Source of the DNA: Eledone cirrhosa
Taxonomy: Eukaryota
Assembly (NCBI GenBank): GCA_964016885.1
Contig: OZ024743.1
Location: forward strand, 6,882,001-6,946,000
Length of the DNA stretch: 64,000 bases
Direction of reading: 5' to 3'
Shown here: positions 13,671-25,399 of the stretch, one piece after another
Numbering within the stretch: the first letter of the stretch is position 1
Layout: each line of letters opens with the position of its first letter
Translations under genes and position numbers: made by a program
Notes under the pieces: generated by a model
Told to the model about the DNA's origin: nothing
The model's database searches: none
What the model saw: only the letters and a program-made list of their open reading frames with translations

Positions 13671-14414
13671 CTTCAACAAAGCAGAGGTGATGGAAAACAA
13701 AAGAAAGATTGTAATATATTAATAAAAGCAATATGTAAAATTACAAAAGGGAAGAGAAAATGACAGAAAGAATGTCATGTGCAACTATAAATTATTGTTT
13801 CCTGTTACTATCCTTAGCCAGTTCAAAGATTTTTTTAAAAAAAGAGAAGAAAAGGAAATTTTTGTTTCTAGTTTGTTTTCTTCAAAATCTGCTCTAGATT
13901 CTCAAACTATAGAGAATAGGATGACTAAATTTTTTAAACAAATTTGTTACTTTCGCAAGTGCATGATTCAGCACTATTCAATATGCCATATAATAGGTAA
14001 GCTGTGAGTTGTACAAAAAAAGAAATGAAATAATACATTCATATATATATATATAAACTCAACTTGCCTCTGAATGGGACAAACCCGTCTAACCCATATT
14101 AGCTTCGAAGATAGACGTTAATTGATGATGATATCACCGTTTAATTTTCTATGCCTGCTTGGGTTAGATGGCTGTCACATGCTGAGGCCAGGCTGGTTAG
14201 GTGACCAGGTCTCGCTCATATGCTTTGTTATGGCATGGTTTCTATGGTTGGATGCTCTCCCTAACACCAACCACTTTACAGTGTGTACTGGGAACATTTT
14301 CCAACACTACCGCATTACAGGGTGGACTGGATGCTTTTTGTCATCATGGCACCAGCACTATTTCATTACATTAGGGTGTTTAGTGTACATGGTCATTCCG
14401 ACACACACACATTA

Positions 14415-14462
<48 letters not shown>

Positions 14463-14581
14463 TACACATATAAACACAATTGTTTTTAGATATTGGTGCA
14501 AAATACATTGAAATATTAACCAGATATGCAGAGAAAAGCTTTTATTTTCATTTACTTAATACATTTAAATGTTTAATAGGA

Positions 14582-16528
14582 ATCATCATCATCACCGTTT
14601 TACGTCCGTTCTTCCACGCTACCATGGGTTAGACGGGTTGTCCTGTTGTGAGCAGTGTCTGGTCGGCTGACCATGCCTTGCTCATACAGGAACTGATTTG
14701 GCTTGATTTCTACAGCTGGATGCCCTTCCTAACACCAACTTCATTTACAGTGAGTGCTGGGTGCTTTTTCGTGGCGCCTACACGTCCACTTTACAGTGTG
14801 GGCTGGGTGCTTTTTTGCCGTGGCGCCTCCACGACCACCTTGCGGTGGGGGGTGTGGGGGCATATTGTCTATATGCTTCAGCTTGTACCCATGGGAGGTC
14901 GGGTACTCTGTATTACTGCGTGACGCCAGTGGTCACGGTCGTGTGTCATCGCCTTAGAGAGGTGTAATTGGGTAAGGTTGGCTTTTATCACCTCATCCCA
15001 GGTCATCTTGGGTCTCCCCACTCCGCGGTTTCCATCGACTTCTAGTGCTCTGCACCTTTTTTTGCAGCTGTCATCCTTCATATGCATCACATGTCCATAC
15101 CAGCGCAACCGCCTCTCCTGCACACAGCATTTGATTCCTCTTATGCTCAGTCTCTCTCTCAATTCATTTATGCTTTGTCGTTCAAGTATATTACTGTTAC
15201 ACATCCATAGGAGCATGCAGGCTTCGTTTCTCTCTAATCTACGTAAGTCTTCCACCTTCAGCGCCCAGGTCTCACTACCATGCAACATTCTGAGGGAGAA
15301 GCCTTTTGCAGCTAGCAGTGGTAGTAGTTACCTAAACTTCTTCCATCCCGTTCTTACCTTAGTTATTGTACTTTCTGAACACCAACCTCCGCTGCGAATT
15401 CGCTCACCTAGGTAACAGAAGCTGTCTACTGTTTCTACAGAGCCCTCCCAGAGATTGGTGGTACTTGTTTCCTGTGGCTGTTTGCTGCTTGCTGTCCCAG
15501 CACAGCTGCTGCATGTGAAGCCTACATTCTTAATTAAGCTTCCTGAGATCCCGCTACATCTCTTGTGTACCCATTGTTTGCATTTGGGGCAGAGAATGGA
15601 GTTCCTACCTACACCTTTCCTACATACTGAGCAAGGCCATTTCCCTGAGGGGATCTGGGTTCTGTTTTCTCGTCTACTTACAAGGACCTTAGTCTTTGAG
15701 ACCCTTTCTTTCTAGTCCCTGCTTCCAAGTTTGGAATTTATTCTCTAGTTCTACCATAGATTCAGCTATGAGTGCGAGGTCATCAGCATACAGGAGTTCC
15801 CATGGGCATCCGGTCTTAAACTCCTCCGTTATTGCCTGCAGGACTATGATGAACAGGAGGGGGCTAAGAACAGAGCCCTGGTGGACCCCAACCTGTACGC
15901 TAAATTCCTCGCTATACTCATTGCTAATCCTAACTTTGCTGACTGCTCCCCTATAGATGGCTTGTACCGCTTTCACAAGCCATTCATCTACTCCTAGTTT
16001 TCTAAGAGCCCACCAGATTACAGCACGTGGAACTCTGTCAAAGGCTTTCTCAAGGTCGACAAATGCCAAGTAGAGTGGCTTACTTTTAGCTAGGTACTTT
16101 TCCTGTAACTGCCTCACAAGGAAGAGGGCATCAGTGGTGCCTCTTCCTGGTACAAACCCAAATTGCATCTCGTCTATTTTCACCCGGTCCCTAATCAACT
16201 GTGCTATAACTCTTTCTGTTACTTTCATGACCTGGTCCATCAACTTTATACCTCTATAGTTTCCTCTATCTAGTGCATCGCCTTTACCTTTGTAGCAGTT
16301 GACAATGATGCTACTGCACCAATCTTTTGGTATGACACCTTCTAGTATTACCTGGTTAACAATACGAGTGGTTATAGTGTGACCTACAGACCCAGGTGCT
16401 TTCAGCATCTCGGCAGCTATACCCGATGGACCGGTTGCTTTCCCCATCTTCATATCTTTGATTGCCTTACTTACTACGTTGCTGCTGGCCCCTCTATAGG
16501 GTCTACTTGGGGTAGGGAATGTTCCCAT
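14582..16528 (-). mobile_element. 5'-truncated RTE-clade LINE, degenerate copy 1 (in E2F intron 7)
   Basis: RT motifs FVDLEKAFD, QGSVLSP, YADD; (GAT)n 3' tail; internal deletions and a premature stop. Confidence 0.95.
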
Positions 16529-16737
16529 AAATATTGATTATTCTTGCAATAAAGATATTTTAGAAATATTTTTATAGGTTTCAGAAGTTATTATAGATCT
16601 CTGTACTGATTCTCTTTCAGCTAGTCAAAAGGGCATATTTTGGGATGCTGTAACATTCCAGCCCTTCTATAGAAGATTACAGGTAAGAGCAACACATAAA
16701 ATTTTAATAATGAAATTAAAAAGAAAAAAAGTCTCAC

Positions 16738-16852
16738 CTTTGATCTATCAGGTAGTTCTAAACGCGTCTCAGGTGGTGCTTTGACAGCCATAACTGTTTG
16801 ATCATCTAGTGATCTTATACTTCGTATATCATGATAAGTAACGTAAGCATAT
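16738..16852 (-). CDS. E2F3: E2F coding exon 7, marked box
   Basis: [38 protein letters not shown]; donor AAG|GTGAGA. Confidence 0.93.
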
Positions 16853-16919
16853 TTAAGATTGAATTAAGGAAATTATAAATATACTAATACAGATGAGATC
16901 ATATTTGTACAGAAACAGT

Positions 16920-17213
16920 TGGTTCGTTTGGTCCTGTTATTCCTGATGGAGTCATAGAGAAGCATTTCTTCAGCATTTTAAAACCTGGTGAAGCCCATCC
17001 CTCTCTGGGCTTGAGTATAGTAGATTTCTTCCAGAAAAAAATAGGGAGTGATAAACAGATATAGAGGAAGAATCAACCCCAGTACTAGACTGGTACTTTA
17101 TTTTATCTAAAGGCAAAGTTGACCTTGGCGGGATTTGAACTCAGAAATCAGAGCGTCGGAACAAATATAAAGCATTCTATCCCACGTTCTAACGACTCTA
17201 CCAATTCGCCACC
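16920..17213 (-). mobile_element. tRNA-derived SINE inside the U12 intron
   Basis: Shared SINE core; approximate TSD TACAGAAACAGT / TACACAAACAGT. Confidence 0.85.
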
Positions 17214-17649
17214 TACACAAACAGTACAAGACTCAAACCGAAGCTGTGATAAATAGGTCTTCACACACATTTTATGTATGTAAACACATTTTATTTATGA
17301 TAGATTAAAAAAAAAAAAAATGAATAGCTAGACTCGTCTTTGTTGAGATTGTCATCGAAGTTATCTACACCTCACAATCCACAGAGAAATACATATCTAA
17401 AGGCTTTAAGGAGAAGTAATAGAGAATTGGGTCTCCAAATTCACAAAATGTTAGTGCTTATGGCAGTAGCTAATAAAATTATATATTAAATTGTACATTA
17501 CATGTTTACAAATATAAAATGTGTGTAGTTACAAATGCAGAGGACCACCAGCATGGTACTAGGTTACAGCTTGTAAAAAATTGCTCAGCCTAATGCTGTC
17601 AAGTTTGACAACAAATATATGAACAAAGAATTTTACAGTATAGTTATAG

Positions 17650-17930
17650 ATAGCGAATTGGCAGAGTTGTTAGAGCATTGATAGAATGTTTCATGGTATT
17701 CATTCTGGCTCTCTGAATTCAAATCCCGTCATGGTCCACTTTGCCTTTTGTCCTTTCAAGGTCGATAAAAAAAAAAGCACCAGTCTAGTACTGGGGTCAA
17801 TTCTTCCTCTCTCTCTGGAAGAAACCTGCCATACTCAGGCCTGGAGAGGGATGGTCTCCGCCAGTTTTAAAATGCCTAAGAAATGCTGTATGTCAATATG
17901 GCACCCCTATAACTATCAGGGTCATGGGAC
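17650..17930 (+). mobile_element. tRNA-derived SINE, opposite orientation, inside the same U12 intron
   Basis: GCGAATTGGCAGAG head, core and tail are the reverse complement of 16920-17213. Confidence 0.85.
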
Positions 17931-18822
17931 CATACATGCATACATACAGTATAGTTATAATGTAAACAGAAAAATCATCAAATGGCAAAGGTATATATTC
18001 TTTTTTTAATGTAAATAAGTAACTGTTCAGTAGTTATTACTTTTTTTGCCATTGCTTGCATCAATTAATTATATTGTTTGTTTTAACTTTTAACTATTTG
18101 TTGTCTTCATTGCATTTTTATAAATCGCATTTTATATTTAGAAAAAAAAAACTATATTCGTGAATCTTTTATAGAAATTTTGAAAATTGAAGCAGTAAGA
18201 AATACATCCACAAGAAATATTTATTTGCCAAATGTGTTAAAAATTAATTAAAAGCAGTACATTTTCAAGGTAGATGGAATTTACAAATATTGTGGTGTCA
18301 CGACAAAAAGCATCTAGTTCACACTGTAAGGTGATTGTGTGTCATGACAAAAAGCACCCAGTATTCACTGTAAATGAGGTTGGCACTAGGAAGAGCATCA
18401 AACTGTAGAAACCAAGCAAAAATTAGTTCTGTACGAGCAAGACATGGCATTGCTCACAACAGAATAATTTGATAACCCATGTTGGTGTGGAAACATGGAC
18501 ATTAAACGGTGATGTTGATGATTGTTTATATGTCCACTTTTCTATGCTGGCCTCGGTTGGACACATTTTGAGGCAATGTTTTACAGTTGGATTCCTGCTA
18601 CACACCTTTTAGCAGTTTTTTACATGCTGAAATGTGATGTACTTATTCTAAAAACTGGGATATAAAATAAATACTACTAGATACACTTCACAGAGATGTT
18701 TATACATTAGCTTCAGTGACAGTCAATCATTATCAACTGCAATCTATATTTAATCATTATTTGACATTCTCTGAAGAAAAATAAACAAAAATAAAAGAAT
18801 AATTTTATCAATAAAAGGATAT

Positions 18823-18922
18823 TTTGATTTTTCTGGGTCTTCTGTTAGAATCTTTAGCTGTTTTGTACAGTGTTCTATTAATTCATCCATTTCATTTTCT
18901 TTAGCTTCATAAATAGCCATTT
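18823..18922 (-). CDS. E2F3: E2F coding exon 6, coiled-coil (DP dimerisation)
   Basis: EMAIYEAKENEMDELIEHCTKQLKILTEDPEKS(K); ends at U12-type donor |ATATCCTTT. Confidence 0.92.
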
Positions 18923-19948
18923 CTATCAACAGTAAAATAGATACATAAAATACCATAGATATTGCTTGAAAGACCAACAAAAACTTGGGATTAGATGTTA
19001 TTAAATTATGCAGACATACTTCCAATAACTAATTAAATTCTTTTGTGACCATATTTCTAACAAGAATATACTACCTTTGTTTTTTGGTTATCAAAATCTT
19101 CAAAAATTATGAAAGGTTTAGTGAAATAACTATATTTCAACTTAATAATAAGAGACAAATATTTAACTACTGAAAGTTAATATTATCTGTTGTGTAATGA
19201 GATTTCAGTCCATTTGAATTTAAATTTGAACACTTCAATAGATCCAGTTTCAGGGGGGTTGGTGTTTCAAAGGATAAACACTAGCAACAATGTTTAAATA
19301 CAGTATAAGATAAAGGATAAAACACAAAGGATAAACACTAGCAACAATGTTTAAATACAAAAGTATAAGAAAATGGGGCAAATAACTGTTTTATTCCAAC
19401 TGTGACAACCTTAAGAAAACCCTGGATAAAAACAAATAGGCTTTAACTAATCTAGAAACCACCACCATCAATTTTTTAACAAGATGTATCATAATTCATA
19501 GGTGAATTCAAAGATATGGTTAAGTTGAGTTATAATCCAATTTAATGATTTTTAAATAGGGGTAAAATAAAGATGGAAATACATATTTGGATGAGATGTA
19601 TTAATAATAATAATGAAAATTGTGTACAGTGCTCAGGTGCACTACAATTCCTCAAAGGTGTATGTATAGTACATAGAATAATGTACAAGTGTCAGGAAAG
19701 TGATGACATGTAAATGTTGTCAGTATGTTAATATTAGAGTTCAACATCGAATTTCTGTGAAAACATTGCAAAAGTAAAAGCTAATGAGGTCATAAAGCTA
19801 TAGTTTATAAAATAAAAATGTAAAAACAAAGCACTAAACTTGCTAAAGAAAAGAAAAATAAGCTAAATTAAATTTGTTTAGACAATAAAAGTGAGTTAGC
19901 TGGTTGACTATTTCAAGTAAAGAATCATTGTGAATTTTTTAAAAGTAC

Positions 19949-20022
19949 CTGAATGTAAATCCATTAATTTTGTTGTAAGTTGGAGTGGTACAGGATTAGC
20001 TGCTATTGACGATGTACAGCCT
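19949..20022 (-). CDS. E2F3: E2F coding exon 5
   Basis: (K)GCTSSIAANPVPLQLTTKLMDLHS; acceptor TTACAG|, donor G|GTACTT; phases match the flanking exons. Confidence 0.85.
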
Positions 20023-20753
20023 CTGTAAATATATATATTTATACATATAAAGTAACTGGAGGGTGACAGATGGCATGATCAGTCAAGAGAACTGGAGAAA
20101 ATAAAATGCCTAGCAGTACTTAATTAAGTCACTTTGCATTCTGCCATGGTCAATTTTTGCCTTTTATCCTTCCAGGATCTATAATTAGAATCAATCAAGT
20201 TCTGGGAAAATTTTACTGACTACACCATTTTCCAAAAATGCAATTAACTACCATTTTAAAGAAGTACACAAATGTGTTTAAATAAGAGCAGATATAAATA
20301 AAAATTACTTTATACAAAACAGACTTAAAAGGTGAATAGCCTATTGAGTTTGAAGACACAGTTGTTAGATCAAAACTAGGAGCTATATCTAATCATACGC
20401 CTCACTTATTTCAATCAGTAAGACCATGAGTAAAATTCAGTACCTATTGTCCATGCTACTTTTGTTACCATAATTCTTATGTGTCTCATTCATTAAAATA
20501 ATTCATTTTTTCAATAGTAAACTGATATTTAGAACATTACTTGAACATTTCCTAAATAAAATTACGATGGAAAGATTTAATATAAATATAAACTTTCTAA
20601 AATGTGCAGTTTTGTATGATAAATCCAGAGTGGTATAGTATCAAAAGGGTTAAACTAAACTATACTTAATGTTACAGGAATACTGTATTACATTTAATAC
20701 TCATAACAGTGGCAAAAAGAGAGAAATGAAAGTTATTCAAAGTGCAAACTTAC

Positions 20754-20878
20754 TTCCATTGAATATGATTTTTAGACTTTTTTGATATAAGATTGATCCC
20801 TTCCAATACATTTGTTATATCATATATCCTTCGTTTCTGAACCTCTAAAGATTCTGCAGCTTTATTTAAATCTACAAC
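20754..20878 (-). CDS. E2F3: E2F coding exon 4, DNA-binding domain (RRIYD motif)
   Basis: Translates [41 protein letters not shown]; AG/GTAAGT boundaries. Confidence 0.97.
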
Positions 20879-20976
20879 CTAAAAATAAAATAAAATTCAT
20901 TTTAAATATTTTCTTTTTTATCTTTATAGGAACATGACATAAAATTATTTTAAATAAACAATAAACATGAACTTAC

Positions 20977-21068
20977 ACCATCTGGCGCATTTCTAAGCAA
21001 GCCAACGAACTTCTTTGTTAATAAGCCCAAAGATGTGTCATACCTTGTTTTTTCACCAGGGGATCGTA
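20977..21068 (-). CDS. E2F3: E2F coding exon 3, start of winged-helix DNA-binding domain
   Basis: Translates [31 protein letters not shown]; acceptor TTCCAG|, donor |GTAAGT. Confidence 0.97.
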
Positions 21069-22038
21069 CTGGAATACAAAGCAAGTAATCAAATCTACCA
21101 ATTTTAGTAAAGCAAAGTCTGAATCATATTAATCAAATAAAAAGATTAAGTCACTAGAATTATGCCCAGGAATTTCACTACTGATATTAAATGTACCTTT
21201 TTCACATCCATGTACATTAATAATAATAACAATTTTTTTTAAAGTCTGCTCATAAACCAGAGCTAAAAAAATGTTTGCTCACTTGACTAAAACTTTCTTT
21301 AATCCTTTAGCATTTACATTATTTTATATTTACTATTGTATTTTCATGGAAAAAACTTTATCTCACATAATATTGAAACTATGAGATTTTGATGTTATTT
21401 ATTTTAAGAACAATACCTAAACATCAGTATGAGCAGCCAGTTTGAATAAAAAGAGGTGAGACAATTCTGGCCGGATATGGCCAGTTTAAATGTTAAAGAG
21501 TTAAATCAGCAAATTCAAAATGAAATCATTTCTTAACACATACTATTAAGAAATAAATGAAAGTGAATGTAACAGTTTGTGCGTTTTTAAATGACTAAAA
21601 ATACTTTTCCATCATATACTTGTTTCCTCAGATCAAATCATTTGCCAAGCTTTGCAATTATGTGTTTCAGTAGCAGAGTTAAAGTGGTTGTTTTTGTTAT
21701 AGTTGAAACACTACTGTACATTTCCACATGTTGAAGCAGATGGCCAGAAATAGACAGAGTTTAAAGAGTTTAGTTAAGATAGAGGCCAATTGAGGAGATG
21801 GTGTTCCTGCTGACTGATAGTAGGATAGTAGGAAGAACATCAGTACCATCCATGCACACATACATTTATGTATATATGCATAGAAAAATGTCAAATAATT
21901 CACCCAGAGTTATATTAACACTCATCACCATATTTTAAATGAAATCTACTGTATCTATTGTTTTATTTTGGTATTTGTAACATAACTTTTTATATAATAT
22001 TATGTTGGAAGATTTTAATGTAAATAAGATGCCTTTAA

Positions 22039-22240
22039 CCCGTTAGCATTTACATTACTCTATATTTACTATTATATTTCCATGGTAAAGTCTTTACTTC
22101 ACATATGGTATGAGATTTTGATGTTATTTATTTTGAGAACAATACCTTAATAACCAGTATGAGCGGCCGGTTACAGCCAGTTTGAAAAGAAAGAGGTGAG
22201 AGAATTCTGGCTGGATATGGCTGGTTTAAATGCTAAAGGG
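22039..22240. mobile_element. piggyBac-type MITE family A copy
   Basis: TTAA|CCCGTTAGCATTTA...TAAATGCTAAAGGG|TTAA. Confidence 0.88.
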
Positions 22241-22376
22241 TTAAAAGTGGTCGCTATATTATGTTACACAGAACCAAATTAGTATTAAAAGGGCAAAACA
22301 ATTTTTAAAAAATAAATAAATAAAAGATGATACATAAATACACTGCTTATCAAAATAAAAATTATTTTCCAAATAC

Positions 22377-22482
22377 CTTTTGGACTACAGTCAGACAAAG
22401 TACGTGATTTACGACCACGTTTAGGAGTTCGAAGATCCTCAGTTGTAATAACACTCATTTCAAGCTCCAATTTCCGTTTAGC
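22377..22482 (-). CDS. E2F3: E2F coding exon 2 (AKRKLELEM...TPKRGRK...SPK)
   Basis: Acceptor TTTTCAG|, donor G|GTATTT, frame continuous with exons 1 and 3. Confidence 0.9.
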
Positions 22483-22883
22483 CTGAAAACAAATTAAATA
22501 GGAAATTAAAATTTTTTTTTTAAAGGAAATGATAAAAGATAGATCAAAATAATATAGAAAATCTGATTATTAAGAATGAATGTTTTATTTTCACCTAGTA
22601 CTCAGTTTACTTTTCCTAATCACCTCATTATCCACACTTAGTTTTAAAATATGCAAATTTTAGTTAAGATTTTACTAGCTAAACTATTGTGAAGAAACAC
22701 ACTATTCATATGCACTCATCTTGATATGATACACAGCTAGATACAAAAGATTTATACAAACAGATATAATATCCAAACACAAGATACTAACAAAGGTAAC
22801 TCAGCAGCATTGGAGAAATTGAAAACTTGTTTGTTTTTTAACTATTTAGCATTTTACATTACTCTATATATATATACTATTAT

Positions 22884-23065
22884 GTGGATTGGCAGTATCG
22901 GTAGAGGATCGGACGTCATGCTTTCCAGCATAGTTACGTCCCTTTACGATCTGAGTTCAAATCCCGCCGAGGTTGACTTTGCCTTTCATCCTTACGGGGT
23001 CGATAAAATAAAGTACCAGTAATGCACTGGGTAATTACTGGCCTTGTGCCTAAAGTAGAAACAAT
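22884..23065 (+). mobile_element. tRNA-derived SINE inserted into a family A MITE (22845-23221)
   Basis: MITE sequence resumes on both sides of the SINE. Confidence 0.85.
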
Positions 23066-23983
23066 TATATTTTCACAGTAAAGGCTTTACCTCACATATG
23101 GAATCTATGTTATTTTGAGAACAATACCTTAACATCAGTATGAGTGGTTGGTTACGGTCTGTTTGAACAGAAATAGGTGAGAGAATTCTGACCAGATACA
23201 GCTGGTTTAAATGCTAAAGGCTTAAAGATATACCTCAAGAGGAAGTGTTCAACATTTGAAGTCTATTCAAAGAAAAATCTTCACTCCTTTCTATGCTGAA
23301 ATCAAGACATTGTAAAATGGCAGATGAAAATGAATCAACTAACTTTATGGGGCCCAAATAAATACAGTAAGTATGAATGACCTCAACCGTAAAGGTCAAT
23401 AAATCATAGTTGCTGAAATGTTAACAACAAAATGAATTAGTGGAAACCCTTTTGTTACCATATTTCTAATGAAAGACACTGCCTATAATTTTTTTAATAA
23501 TCAAGTATTTGGAAGTCTTTATTTAATATAACTAACTTTCTAATTCTTGAACTGGCCTTAACCAAGATTCTCACATAAAACTATGATGGAAGGAAAAACA
23601 ATTTTTTTTTTTTTTTTTATTGTAGTACCAGGGGGGTATCAAAAGGGTTAAGATTATTAGTTAGTTAATTAACAAAAGCTGATTAATTGTAACAAATATA
23701 AAAGACTCATTAAGGAGGAAAAATATGATCTGAAGATGATGTTTCAAGGAAAGAGTTATAATAATTGTTTTTCATGTTAGGCAAAAGGCCAGCAATTATC
23801 CAGTGTATTACTGGTACTTTATTTTATCGACCCCGTAAGGATGAAAGGCAAAGTTAACCTTGGCGGGATTTGAACTCAGAATGGCAAGGGCCATAAAGAG
23901 TTATAATAATGAAGTTAATAAAGGATAGAGTAAAACAGGGTTCAGATTAGCAGTAAACTTGGGGAAGAATTGGTAAACATTTG

Positions 23984-24472
23984 ATCATCATCATCATTGC
24001 AAGGTTGGGACGGGTCTTATTCAGCACAGCATCTCTCCACTCATCACGGTCCTTCGTCATCTCCACCGTGAGCTTCAACAATCTGAGGTCTGTTTTCACC
24101 ATCTCCGCCCATGTTTTTCGTGGTCTACCTCTACCACGTCTTCCTTCAACTGGCATTTCCTGGCACTTCTTCACCCATCGGTCATCCTCCATGCGCATCA
24201 CATGTCCATACCACCTCAGTCTCCTCTCCTGTACACTACATTCTATCTCTCTCAACACATTCATGCTGGGTTGTTCATGCACATTTACACTGCACATCCA
24301 ACGGAGCATGCTTGCCTCATTTCTCTCCAGCCGTCGCATATCCTCTGCAGTTGCTGCCCATGTCTCACTACCATGCAGTGTCGCGCTCCTCACACAAGCA
24401 TCATATAACCGGCCTTTCGTACGCAGGGAGAAACCCTTCTTCGTCAGCAGAGGAAGCAGCTCCCTAAACTGA
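23984..24472 (-). mobile_element. RTE LINE 3' fragment of a related subfamily
   Basis: HGSETW, RLRWYGHV and RGRGRPRKTW motifs; runs directly into a (GAT)n tail. Confidence 0.9.
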
Positions 24473-25399
24473 TATTGATAAATATCCACTAAAATTCTAC
24501 CCTTGAACTTCTCTTGGAGAAGTTTTGGTCTGGATAACCATTCGAATGTTTGAATATCAATGTCCCATTTTTCAATGTAGAATATGTAATAAAATTACAG
24601 AAAAATGGTGCTGAATGTTAAAATGGCAATGACTAAGACTGAGAGGAGCTCAATGAAAACAATGAGTGAACAAAAAATTCAGTGAGATGTCAAGTCATAA
24701 CGGGGTTCAAAACTTTAGGTGCTCAAGATGTGAACAGCTAGCAATGTACGTGGCCATAAATTGAAAACTCAGATTTACTGTAATTTAAATCATACTGTTG
24801 CAGCCATTGCTCTAAATCCCTACTGGCTCCAGTTTATCTGACAGGAGAAAATAGTTGAGTGATAAATAGTATGAACAGTAACCAGCTACAAAAATATTTG
24901 CTCCAACCAAAAGCATCAACAAGCAACAACTGTCTTTTTATTAATGACCAACTATTGTTAGCAGAGAAAACATGTTAAATAATTGTTTCTACTTTTGGCA
25001 CAAGGCCAGCAATTATTCCAGTACATTACTGGTACTTTATTTTATCGACCCCGAAAACATGTTAAATAATAATGGTGATATATGCTACTACAAACCAACT
25101 TTTGGTATGCAATAGTTGGTGCCAAAATACTGTAATAAAATGGTTGATTAAAAGGAGAGAAAACCAGAGTAGCAGGGGAAAAAGACATCACATGCTGCTG
25201 CTGTTGATGATAAAGGTAAAGAAATGACCAAATGGCAGTCATTGGATATTTAATTGATATTCTAGACAGTCTCAAAGATACATGCTAGAAACGTATCACA
25301 CACTAATATAAGTGATTATTCCTTGTTGTTGCTAGCTAATTTTACATAATGTCAATTCTTTCCAATCATTTGATATCTTGACAAAGCCTACTAAGGCAA

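Larger units (their letters stand above)
16853..18822 (-). other. U12-type (minor spliceosome) intron 6 of E2F, apparent AT-AA termini
   Basis: 5' splice site ATATCCTTT; branch site TTCCTTAAT at 16871-16863; in-frame acceptor ...TCTTAA|ATATGCT about 11-12 nt past the branch A. Confidence 0.85.

Noticed and set aside
14978-15956. Plus-strand ORFs over the RTE copies (also 23981-24472 and 25838-26953)
   Set aside because: Antisense shadow frames of LINE RT coding sequence.
17127-17140. GGCGGGATTTGAA as CDE/CHR cell-cycle elements in many places
   Set aside because: This is the reverse complement of the SINE B-box region and is present in most SINE copies.
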